Below, one piece after another: positions 18,528-27,268 of a DNA stretch of 56,623 nucleotides (its first letter is position 1; every line of letters begins with the position of its first letter). The notes beneath the pieces were generated by a model, which saw nothing but the letters and a program-made list of their open reading frames with translations, made no database searches and was not told the DNA's origin. The position numbers and the translations under genes are program-made. The DNA lies in assembly GCA_050331235.1 (NCBI GenBank), contig JBHJHA010000094.1:1-56623 (forward strand). Direction: 5' to 3'. This DNA is from Leptolyngbyaceae cyanobacterium. GTDB taxonomy: Bacteria > Cyanobacteriota > Cyanobacteriia > Phormidesmidales > Phormidesmidaceae.

Positions 18528-19838
18528 TTAGGAAGCGATGAACTCATTCCACTTTTGTACAAGGTAGGTATTTTCATCCATGGTGGAGTTCCAGCAGACA
18601 ATATTGCCAAATCGCTCCTTAAAGGAGCCGCCGTCACGCACGGCCCCGGTCTTAGCCAAGGTCTTGCCAAAAGGATCCACAATATCTTCAGCGGCCGGCT
18701 CACCCTGATACCAATAGGCCCATTCCGGTCCTGACATGTACTGCTTAGCATTATCAGGCGCAGCGCTGTAGTAACCCTGACGACCTAAAAATGCACCGAC
18801 CCACCCCTCCAACATCCAATTCAGATATTCATAGGCAGCATCAAGCTTCATGCCCTCTAGATTTTTGGAGAGACCAACCCCACCGCCCCAACCGCGGTAG
18901 CCTTCTTTCAGCGGCGCGTAGATACACTGAATGCCTTTGGACTGCACAGCCGTCACAGCAGGCGACCACATGGACTGCAGTACCACCTCCCCAGAGGACA
19001 TGAGGTTAACTGACTCGTCAAAGGTCTTCCAAAAAGCACGGAACTGGCCGTTTGCCTTTTGCTCCTTGAGGATTTCAATGATTTGGTCGATTTCCTCTTT
19101 AGACATGTTGCCCTTATCCACAAAGGTCATAAGACCCAGGGATTCAGCCACCATGGCGGCGTCCATGATGCCAATTTGCGGAATATCCAGAATTGAGGTC
19201 TTGCCTTTGAACTCTTCGTTGAACAGCTCACCCCAGGTCTCAATTTGACGACCAACGAGGTCGGGACGATAGCCCAGGGTGTCGGCGTTGTACTGGAAGG
19301 GAATCAGCGTGGCAAAGTCGGTAGGTGACTCCGAAAACTCAGTTGAGTCAGCTCCCTGTAAGTACATCACTTTGTAGGGAGCAGTACCCTGGGATTGTTC
19401 CACCGGCATGCCTTCGTATTGGCCTGTGGTAAAAAAGGAGACAATCTTATCCCAAGCGGTGATTTTAGCGATGTCGATCGCCTTCAAGTTGCCAGATGGC
19501 ACCACCAAGGGCAGGCTGAAATATTCCCCATCAAAGATGTCATACTGATCGGGCTGGGTAATTGCAATTTGGTTATTTTCTTCCGTACTCAGCGCTCGCA
19601 TCTCAATTTTAAAGCCCAAATCCTCCTGGGCCTTGTCCCGAATTTCATTGATTTGAGAGACGCCAGTACCGATCAGTCGCAGGGTGACATCCTTGCTGGC
19701 ATTCGTGTTCACCTCAGGTCCTGTCGCCGGATTATTGGGAGTTCCTTCGGGGGCACCGCTACAGCGGGCTGCTGCGATCGCAGCCCCAGCCGCCAAGCCA
19801 GTCCGAATCACGTAGCGACGAGAGATATTCGACATCAA
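18528..19838 (-). CDS. ABC substrate-binding protein (PotD/F-like superfamily), probable Tat lipoprotein
   Basis: SRRYVI Tat motif plus AARC lipobox-like motif; YNADTLG, SMWSPAV, PLKEGYRGW, AYEYLNW. Confidence 0.88.
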   Translation of the reverse strand: MMSNISRRYVIRTGLAAGAAIAAARCSGAPEGTPNNPATGPEVNTNASKDVTLRLIGTGVSQINEIRDKAQEDLGFKIEMRALSTEENNQIAITQPDQYDIFDGEYFSLPLVVPSGNLKAIDIAKITAWDKIVSFFTTGQYEGMPVEQSQGTAPYKVMYLQGADSTEFSESPTDFATLIPFQYNADTLGYRPDLVGRQIETWGELFNEEFKGKTSILDIPQIGIMDAAMVAESLGLMTFVDKGNMSKEEIDQIIEILKEQKANGQFRAFWKTFDESVNLMSSGEVVLQSMWSPAVTAVQSKGIQCIYAPLKEGYRGWGGGVGLSKNLEGMKLDAAYEYLNWMLEGWVGAFLGRQGYYSAAPDNAKQYMSGPEWAYWYQGEPAAEDIVDPFGKTLAKTGAVRDGGSFKERFGNIVCWNSTMDENTYLVQKWNEFIAS

Positions 19839-19899
19839 CTTTTCTCCTTAAGACAGCACTTAATTTATGACTAGGTTAAGACAACTCGCCAGTCTTACA

Positions 19900-21096
19900 T
19901 CAGTAGGGTAGAAAAACACAATCATGGGCCGACCATCGTAGGGTTATGGTCTGGCCCCCGTTCAAATTTGCTCGCGACCAGTCAGCGGTGCGCACCTTGT
20001 AGAGCAATTCCTGGCCGGTGACGATGGCCAGGAGGGTTACTCGAGTCACGTAACCGGTCAGCTCTACATCCACAATGCGGGCGCTCAAGTGATTAACCTG
20101 CGGTAAAGAACTGCCGGCCTCAGCCTCAGCCACGATCATCAATAAATCAGGACGTACCGAACATGCTGCCGTCTGACCGGTAGGGACAGCGTGGCCTCGA
20201 CTAAAGATGGAGCCCAAACCCTCGACTTCGAGCTCAATGGTTTCCATCCCGCTAGGTTCGGCCACTGCGCTGCGAACCGTGCCCTCAAAGATATTGTTAT
20301 CGCCGATAAATTTGGCGACAAAGCGCGATGCGGGTTGTTCGAATAACTCTGTGGGTGTGGCAACTTGGTCGATATGGCCATGGTCCATCACGACGATTTG
20401 ATCCGATAGAGAAAACGCCTCTTCCACATGGTGTGTCACTTGGATAAAGGTCAGCCCAAACTGCTTTTGGATGTTTCGGAGTTCTCCCCGCATCCGCACG
20501 CGCAAGTTTTCATCCAGAGCACTTAGGGGCTCATCCAACATCAGCACCTGTGGTCGGGTGACTAAGGCTCGGGCCAAGGCAATGCGCTGCTGCTGCCCCC
20601 CACTGAGCTGATCAGGTTTACGATCGCTTGTGTGACTGAGCCCAACTAAATCTAAAATTTCACCGACTCGCTGACGCCTTTCAGCCGCTGGCACCTGTCG
20701 CATCCGCAAACCAAACTCAACATTTTGCCAAATCGTTTTGTGGGGAAACAGCGCATAGTTTTGAAACATCATCGCTGTATTTCGCTTGGCTGGGGGCAAG
20801 TCATTTACCCGGCGATCGCCAATCAGAATGTCCCCTCGAGTAATCGACTCATGGCCAGCAATCATACGCAGAGTCGTCGTCTTACCACAGCCACTCGGGC
20901 CCAAAAGACAGCAATAGGAACCCGCCGGGATATCTAAAGACAAATTTTCGACCGCAGTAAATTTGCCATATTGCTTAGTCACCGAACGCAACGACACTCC
21001 CGCGGCCGAGCGGGCTAGCATATGCTGAATATCTTCTTCTGAGGCGTTAGCAGACGGGGTTTGAGCCCCAGCTATGTCTCGAGTATCCAAGGCCAT
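19900..21096 (-). CDS. ABC transporter ATP-binding protein (PotA-like, TOBE domain)
   Basis: GPSGCGKT, FQNYALFPH, LSGGQQQR, LDEPLSALD. Confidence 0.92.
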   Translation of the reverse strand: MALDTRDIAGAQTPSANASEEDIQHMLARSAAGVSLRSVTKQYGKFTAVENLSLDIPAGSYCCLLGPSGCGKTTTLRMIAGHESITRGDILIGDRRVNDLPPAKRNTAMMFQNYALFPHKTIWQNVEFGLRMRQVPAAERRQRVGEILDLVGLSHTSDRKPDQLSGGQQQRIALARALVTRPQVLMLDEPLSALDENLRVRMRGELRNIQKQFGLTFIQVTHHVEEAFSLSDQIVVMDHGHIDQVATPTELFEQPASRFVAKFIGDNNIFEGTVRSAVAEPSGMETIELEVEGLGSIFSRGHAVPTGQTAACSVRPDLLMIVAEAEAGSSLPQVNHLSARIVDVELTGYVTRVTLLAIVTGQELLYKVRTADWSRANLNGGQTITLRWSAHDCVFLPY

Positions 21097-21301
21097 GAAT
21101 TTCGCTCACTCAGCGGACAACGTAACTATAGAGCCTCTCTTCAACCTCCCATGGACAATCAGTGAAATTCTGTAACATTGATGGCGACAGGCTAATTTGC
21201 TCTTGGCGGTTGCCAAACAGTTAGCGAGTCAACCGCCTCAACGTGAGTATTTAATAGTCAATCTCAAACAGTTGGGTAGTCATGGGCGCTATCTGCTGCC
21301 T

Positions 21302-21343
21302 ACTGTAGGTCGGGAGATAAAGCGAAATCGTATTAGCAGATAC
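21302..21343 (-). promoter_or_regulatory. Canonical NtcA-activated promoter for the ABC operon
   Basis: GTATTAGCAGATAC (21330-21343) inside the extended palindrome AAATCGTA-N8-TACGATTT; on the minus strand 22 nt then TACAGT (21307-21302). Confidence 0.75.
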
Positions 21344-21556
21344 GATTTGTCACAGGCTGGCCTTGCAGGCGAAAGATTCGGACCAGATACTGGGGCCAGT
21401 GAGGGGACAGCGCGGGTAGCAGTTGCCACAGCTCAAGAGAGCCAAAGCATAGGAATGACAATGCAGCCTAAGAACACACTCAAGATATAGGACTGGTTGA
21501 TCGAAGTTTCACGTTTCTTCCCTGTGGCAATCCGCTCAGACTTGACCTTTTTGAAC

Positions 21557-22237
21557 TCACGGTGGCGAAATGCGCGATCGCCCGTCTGGCGAGGTCACTG
21601 TCTTCTGATCAGCAGTCAGGAGCATCGTCAACATCGTAAACGCGTATAAGATCACGCTCTCTCCCAAGAGTTCCGCCGTCTCCTCAAACGTGATGCGAAC
21701 ATGCTCCGATAAAAAGGTTATCTGGACTGAATGATAGGTTGCGGCAGCAATGACGCCTTTGAGTGCCTCGGCTCCGAAGCCCCCCAGCAGAAATATGGTG
21801 AGGCCCATGACGAGCCAAACGACAACTGATCGGTGGCTGTGCCAAAGCCAAATTAAGTCTCGCCAACCGATCACTGGTACTGCCGCTAGCAGGGCGAGAT
21901 AAACGCTCCGCCAATCAACCTGATGAATGACCAGGTGTAACTTTGTGAGCTCATCGACACCACCGAACAAACAAAGGCTCATCAGCGCCCAGGGTAAAAG
22001 CCGTGAGTGAGGTAGAGCCAACTGTGGATACATTAGCCCTAGCCAACCGCATAAGCCTCCAATGGCAAATAGATGCAACGCCTGCAAAATCGAGGGAAGC
22101 GATCGCAGGCCGTTGAGATCGAGTAGCGCGATCACTTCCCCCTGCTTTATCACCAACACCAAGTAGGCCAGTGCTAGGCTCAAATCCAGACCGATCAAGC
22201 AGAACAACCCGCGTATTAAATAGGATGGTGTTTTCAC
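21557..22237 (-). CDS. Hypothetical multi-pass membrane protein
   Basis: About 6 TMs; GGVDELTKLH, GGFGAE, EETAELLG motifs. Confidence 0.7.
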   Translation of the reverse strand: MKTPSYLIRGLFCLIGLDLSLALAYLVLVIKQGEVIALLDLNGLRSLPSILQALHLFAIGGLCGWLGLMYPQLALPHSRLLPWALMSLCLFGGVDELTKLHLVIHQVDWRSVYLALLAAVPVIGWRDLIWLWHSHRSVVVWLVMGLTIFLLGGFGAEALKGVIAAATYHSVQITFLSEHVRITFEETAELLGESVILYAFTMLTMLLTADQKTVTSPDGRSRISPP

Positions 22238-22356
22238 GATGGGGACACAGCTTCAATGACTCTTTTCAGCATGCCCACGTTGCTGAGCAGCGGCCATAGG
22301 GCAGGGTCTGATTTCGTCGGTAGAATAAGCGGATGCTAGCCGAGTTTTGACGCCCC

Positions 22357-22992
22357 GTGAGTGACTTCCTGGTTTCCCCTCCCATTCCTGCCCCTCTACC
22401 GGCGCCCCCTGAGCCGCTAAAACTGGCCGTATTAGCCTCCGGTAAAGGTAGCAACTTAGCCGCGATCGCCGAAGCCATCCATGACGGTCGCCTACAGGCC
22501 ACTATCCAAGTGGTGATTTATAACAATCCCGATGCTGGCGTTGCCGACCAAGCCCAGCACTATGACCTGCCTGCAGTTTTGCTGAATCATCGGCTGTATG
22601 ACAGCCGGGAAGCCTTAGATGTTGACATCATCAAAACCGTTAAGGCCCATGACGCCGATTGGGTCATCATGGCAGGCTGGATGCGCCGCGTCACTGCAGT
22701 CCTTGTTCAAGCGTTTCACCAGCGCATGCTCAATATTCATCCCAGTCTGTTGCCCAGCTTTCCTGGTATCAGGGCGGTTGAGCAAGCGCTGGCGGCAGGT
22801 GTCAAGGTCACTGGCTGCACGGTACACTTTGTCGAGGTGGCGATTGACAGTGGCCCAGTTGTGATGCAGGCAGTCGTACCAGTGCAAGCGCAAGACACTC
22901 CCAAAACCTTACAAGCGCGCATCCAGACCCAAGAACATCAAATCAACCCAGCGGCGAGCGCGATCGCCGCTCAGCAGCCAGAGCAACTCTAG
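22357..22992 (+). CDS. purN: Phosphoribosylglycinamide formyltransferase
   Basis: LAVLASGKGSN, MAGWMR, LNIHPSLLPSFPG, GCTVHFV, DSGPVVMQ, QEH. Confidence 0.95.
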   Translation: MSDFLVSPPIPAPLPAPPEPLKLAVLASGKGSNLAAIAEAIHDGRLQATIQVVIYNNPDAGVADQAQHYDLPAVLLNHRLYDSREALDVDIIKTVKAHDADWVIMAGWMRRVTAVLVQAFHQRMLNIHPSLLPSFPGIRAVEQALAAGVKVTGCTVHFVEVAIDSGPVVMQAVVPVQAQDTPKTLQARIQTQEHQINPAASAIAAQQPEQL

Positions 22993-23029
22993 GGTGCCTG
23001 AGCAACTCCAAATTGGTCAAAATGTCAGG

Positions 23030-23656
23030 TCAACGCAGAAAGCTGCTGACGGCCCACAATACAACCATTGTCACCATCGCCGCAATCCGCTGGGTCAACA
23101 GCTCAGGGTTGGCTCCTGACATCGCAGCGGCTTGCGGTCCCAACGCTTCTCCCAGCACGATGCCCAGGGTGAGGCCGACCACCAGCGCAACCACAGTCAA
23201 CAGCAGTGATCGCCAAAAGCGATACTCTTTGCGATTGAGAAAATAAATTGCTGTGGCTACCCCTAGCGCCAGCGCCAGGGAAGGACCTGCCAAACTCACA
23301 ACGGCCAAAATTCCAAAGACACCCGCAGGCACTAAAATGTCGTTGCGATCAGGCGTATCGAGAAACCCTTCTAACCAGCCAGGACGAGTGATTTCCAAAT
23401 TGCTCGACTTCACTACAGGCTTTTCCGGGACTTCCTCCGCAAAGCGAATGCGATCGGGCACCTTAATCTTGCCTTCTTGTCGCAATCGCAACCGTTCCAT
23501 CAAGATGGCATCGTAGGCCGCCTCGATGGCATCCATTTGTTTACGATCATCTTCACATTGAGCGAGCAGACGCTCTTTAGCCTCTTGGATCTCTTCAAAC
23601 GAAGAGTTCTCATCAAGCCCCAGCGTATCGTAGTTGTTTTGGTCACTCATCGACAT
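23030..23656 (-). CDS. CPP1-like (DUF3353) J-like membrane protein
   Basis: YDTLGLDENSSFEEIQ...IEAAYDAILMERLRLRQEGKIKVPDRIRF; C-terminal TMs ending SSFLR. Confidence 0.85.
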   Translation of the reverse strand: MSMSDQNNYDTLGLDENSSFEEIQEAKERLLAQCEDDRKQMDAIEAAYDAILMERLRLRQEGKIKVPDRIRFAEEVPEKPVVKSSNLEITRPGWLEGFLDTPDRNDILVPAGVFGILAVVSLAGPSLALALGVATAIYFLNRKEYRFWRSLLLTVVALVVGLTLGIVLGEALGPQAAAMSGANPELLTQRIAAMVTMVVLWAVSSFLR

Positions 23657-24054
23657 TTTATCTAGTAGCCCATCGCATCTACTTACTCAACAACGCATTT
23701 CCAATAGCCTTAAAAATAGTTAAGGGGCTACCGCGCCACGCTGTTCATGCTAATAACTGTTTAACTATAGTAAGCCCACTGTACGGAAACTTGGTCAGCG
23801 GAGTGAAGAAGTTTAAGGGTAGATTGGGTACTCTTCATACAGAGTCAACCGGATCAGTATTGAACTTGAGCCGGCTTTATTCATACTTTACAAAAAGTGT
23901 TGAGTAATATGGTGAAGATTCACCTTCTTTCGGTTGGCATCATCCGTTCCCTGAGACTAAATCTGAAGAAACATTGCCGGCGGCGTTAGGTATTAAGCGC
24001 GATCGGTCTAATGTTAAGCAGCTACCCGTGTCGTTTTGGTAAGACAGTTACACT

Positions 24055-24765
24055 ATGGCTACTGCCAAGATTCTTGTCGTTGATGACGACCCTGCAGTTC
24101 GTAATCTTGTTTTGCGGTTTTTATCCAAGCAAGACTACGAAGTTGAATCTGCAGAGGATGGAAAAACTGCGCTCGCGATCTTTGAACAGCTCAACCCAGA
24201 CCTGGTTGTATTGGATGTCAACCTTCCAGATGCCAATGGGTACGACCTCTGCAAGGAAATGCAGACTCGTACCGGCGTGTTTGTCTTGATGTTGACAAGC
24301 CGCAGCGATGAAGCAGACAAAATACGCGGATTTACTGAAGGGGCAGATGATTATCTGACAAAGCCATTCAGCCTGGGAGAACTCGAAGTTCGCGTGGGGG
24401 CCATCCTCAAGCGGCAGCGCCCAGTCACCACCGCTGAACAACAGTGTCTCAGCTTCAACAGCTTAGAGATTGATCCGGTTAGGCGAGAAGTCACCTTAGA
24501 CCAACAACTGGTACCTCTAACTGCTCTAGAGTTTGACTTGTTGCATTTCTTAGCGAGTCATCCAGGTCGGGTGTGGCGGCGGGCCGAACTGATTCAAAAA
24601 GTTTGGGATTATGAGTACGTTGGCGACCAGCGGGTTGTGGATGTCCACATTGGCCAGATTAGGAAGAAAATTGAAATTGATACTACTCAGCCGGCCATGA
24701 TTCAAACCGTGCGCGGTGTGGGCTATAAGTTTGAACCGCCAGCAAACTTGATCGCTTCAACCTAG
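24055..24765 (+). CDS. OmpR-family response regulator (orphan)
   Basis: ILVVDDD, LDVNLP, GADDYLTKPF, LTALEFDLL, RVVDVHIGQIRKK, TVRGVGYKF. Confidence 0.93.
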   Translation: MATAKILVVDDDPAVRNLVLRFLSKQDYEVESAEDGKTALAIFEQLNPDLVVLDVNLPDANGYDLCKEMQTRTGVFVLMLTSRSDEADKIRGFTEGADDYLTKPFSLGELEVRVGAILKRQRPVTTAEQQCLSFNSLEIDPVRREVTLDQQLVPLTALEFDLLHFLASHPGRVWRRAELIQKVWDYEYVGDQRVVDVHIGQIRKKIEIDTTQPAMIQTVRGVGYKFEPPANLIAST

Positions 24766-25067
24766 GCCAGTCACAATCTGGCGAGCTGTAGGCAGCGAGC
24801 GCTCACTTAGGAGTTTGGCAAATATATTAGCCCCTTAGTAAATTGCAGGACCCACTTGGGTGAAAAGTCACGGATGTGAGTCTTTACCCATACACGCCCA
24901 TGCTCGAAGAGATCCGGTAGGGCTGTAGTCAGGCGACTATCCCTTCGTCCTGTTTAAGCATCGGTTGAAGTTTTGACCCTTTTCCTGCTCAGCGATGGTC
25001 ACCATGGTTAGCGTCCTGGGCGAGGGCAACCATTTTGTGGGCTTGAGCTATATCTGCTTGCCCTCAG

Positions 25068-25799
25068 TTGTCAAAGCCAAGCCGAACCGGTAGGTTACTG
25101 TGGCTGAGTGAGTTCAGATTGATGTTAAGGCATCAGCGACTTTTGTGGAGCTGTCTTGTTTGTCTGCTGGTTTACTGTATCGGCATTCCGACTGAGATCG
25201 CCTTTCCTCAGACCTGTTTCATCGACCACGCTCGACAGTTACCGAATGGTGCAGAAGTATCTGTATCAGGTCAGGTGACCGTCCCGAGCGGGAAGTTGGG
25301 CTCAGCTAATCTCGATGTCGGGTTTGCAATTCAAGATGCTAGTGGGGGCATTTATGTAACTACTGATGAGGATCTGGCGCTTGAGCTAGGCGATCTGGTC
25401 TCGGTCAGCGGTCGCCTACAAGACGATGGTCACAACCAACGCATGCTGCAGCTCCGAAGTTGGCAACTTAGTCAGCGGCGCTCACAACCCATCGTCCCGC
25501 AACTGAGCACCGCGAAGTTGGCCGGCAAATTTCTGGATGGCAGATTAGTCACCGTCAGAGGTCAGATTATCAAGTCGCTACAAGATGATGCGCCCTATGG
25601 CGATCGCCTATGGATTCGGGATGATACAGGCGACATTCAGATTTACTTGGCCAAATCGACGGCAATCAATCCTCAAGAACTGCCGTTCTTAGAAATTGGG
25701 CAATTGATCCAGGTAACGGGGTTGAGCAGCCAATTTGATGACCATGATGAGGTGATGCCGCGATCACGAGCCGATCTAGTGCCCCTTGCCAAATTCTGA
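25068..25799 (+). CDS. Secreted tandem OB-fold protein (start uncertain)
   Basis: Signal-like hydrophobic stretch; AIQDASGGIYV and IRDDTGDIQIY repeats; EVMPRSRAD. Confidence 0.65.
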   Translation: MSKPSRTGRLLWLSEFRLMLRHQRLLWSCLVCLLVYCIGIPTEIAFPQTCFIDHARQLPNGAEVSVSGQVTVPSGKLGSANLDVGFAIQDASGGIYVTTDEDLALELGDLVSVSGRLQDDGHNQRMLQLRSWQLSQRRSQPIVPQLSTAKLAGKFLDGRLVTVRGQIIKSLQDDAPYGDRLWIRDDTGDIQIYLAKSTAINPQELPFLEIGQLIQVTGLSSQFDDHDEVMPRSRADLVPLAKF

Positions 25800-25819
25800 G
25801 GTCTGTTGCTGTCACTCAG

Positions 25820-27196
25820 TTAGGCGGTGGCAACCAAGGCGGGACCCTGCAGAGCAATTTGGTGATCAGTTGCCCAAGCCGCGAGTTCCTGGAGTGATCG
25901 ATCGCGGTAAACACCATAGCGCTCTCGCTTGTTGCGAATTTTAGTCGGCAGCGCCGGAATAATACCGAAGTTTGGCGGCATCGGCTGAAAGTGCTTTGGC
26001 TCAGCGGAGCTAATGAAATCCAACAACGCCCCTAACATCGTATTCACCGGCAGGCTAACTGGCGTTCTTCCTTGGGCGAGCCGCGCCGCGTTGGTACCTG
26101 CTAGCCACCCGCCTGCGGTCGCTGCCGTATAGCCTTCAGTGCCCACTAACTGCCCCGCCGCAAGCAAGGTCGGACGTTGCTGAAACTGTAGCGTCGCACT
26201 GAGCAGCTCAGGCGAGTTGATAAAGGTGTTGCGATGCATTACCCCCATACGAACAAACTCAGCATTTCCCAACCCGGGGATCAGTTGAAACACCCGCTTT
26301 TGCTCGCCCCAGCGTAGGTTGGTTTGAAAACCAACCATATTCCACAAGTTGCCCTGCTTATCTTCCTGTCGCAGTTGCACCACCGCATAAGGCTTCTTGT
26401 CTTTGTTAGCTGGATCTTTAAAGTGGCCAAAACGAGCATCAAACAAACCGACTGGCTTCATCGGTCCGTATCGCATGGTGTCTTCGCCGCGCCGGGCCAT
26501 TTCTTCAATCGGCAGACAGGCTTCAAAAAACTTCGCCGTTTCTCGTTCAAAATCCTTGAGTTCTGCTTGTTCTGCAGCACACAGTGCTTGCCAAAAATAG
26601 AGGTACTGGTCGCGGTTCAACGGACAGTTGAGGTAGGCGGCCTCACCGCGATCGTAGCGAGAGGCCATAAAGGCGACATCGCGATCAATGCTGTCACCCA
26701 CTATGATGGGGCTCGCAGCATCAAAAAAGCTCATGTACGCCTGACCGGTCAACCGCTGCAGATCTTGTGACAGGGACTCGCTCGTGAGGGGCCCCGTGGT
26801 CAAGACGACAATGCCATCAGTCGGGATACGGTGCACCTCATCCCGACGCAGCTCGATGAGAGGGTGACTTTCCAACGTTTCGGTCAGATCACGACTAAAG
26901 ACGGCTCGATCAACCGCTAAGGCGCCACCGGCAGGTACCTGGTGCTGATTGGCCTTGCCAATGACAATTGATCCTAGTCGTCGCAACTCCTCGTGTAGTA
27001 AGCCCGAAGCGCGATCGCTAGACTGCGCGCCAAACGAATTGCTGCAAACTAGCTCTGCCAAATGCTCGCTGTGGTGGGCCGGTGATCGCTTGATTGGTCG
27101 CATCTCATGCAAAATCACTGGCACGCCAGCCTGGGCAATTTGCCAAGTAGCTTCGGTGCCGGCCAGGCCACCCCCAATGACATGAATAGGTTGCAT
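25820..27196 (-). CDS. trmFO: Methylenetetrahydrofolate-tRNA-(uracil-5)-methyltransferase TrmFO
   Basis: [61 protein letters not shown]. Confidence 0.95.
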   Translation of the reverse strand: MQPIHVIGGGLAGTEATWQIAQAGVPVILHEMRPIKRSPAHHSEHLAELVCSNSFGAQSSDRASGLLHEELRRLGSIVIGKANQHQVPAGGALAVDRAVFSRDLTETLESHPLIELRRDEVHRIPTDGIVVLTTGPLTSESLSQDLQRLTGQAYMSFFDAASPIIVGDSIDRDVAFMASRYDRGEAAYLNCPLNRDQYLYFWQALCAAEQAELKDFERETAKFFEACLPIEEMARRGEDTMRYGPMKPVGLFDARFGHFKDPANKDKKPYAVVQLRQEDKQGNLWNMVGFQTNLRWGEQKRVFQLIPGLGNAEFVRMGVMHRNTFINSPELLSATLQFQQRPTLLAAGQLVGTEGYTAATAGGWLAGTNAARLAQGRTPVSLPVNTMLGALLDFISSAEPKHFQPMPPNFGIIPALPTKIRNKRERYGVYRDRSLQELAAWATDHQIALQGPALVATA

Positions 27197-27268
27197 AAGC
27201 GAGCTAGGGTCTGCTAAGACAGAGACGACGATGAGCGGAGGCAATTCGTAATTGCCCAAGCCTTATTG

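Noticed and set aside
21197..21490. 97-aa plus-strand ORF
   Set aside because: No protein-like motifs; spans the NtcA promoter and leader
23870..23900. Possible HLR1 (RpaB) site upstream of the response regulator
   Set aside because: Only one good TTTACAAA half; second repeat not at 10-bp spacing. No gene symbol assigned to the regulator either.
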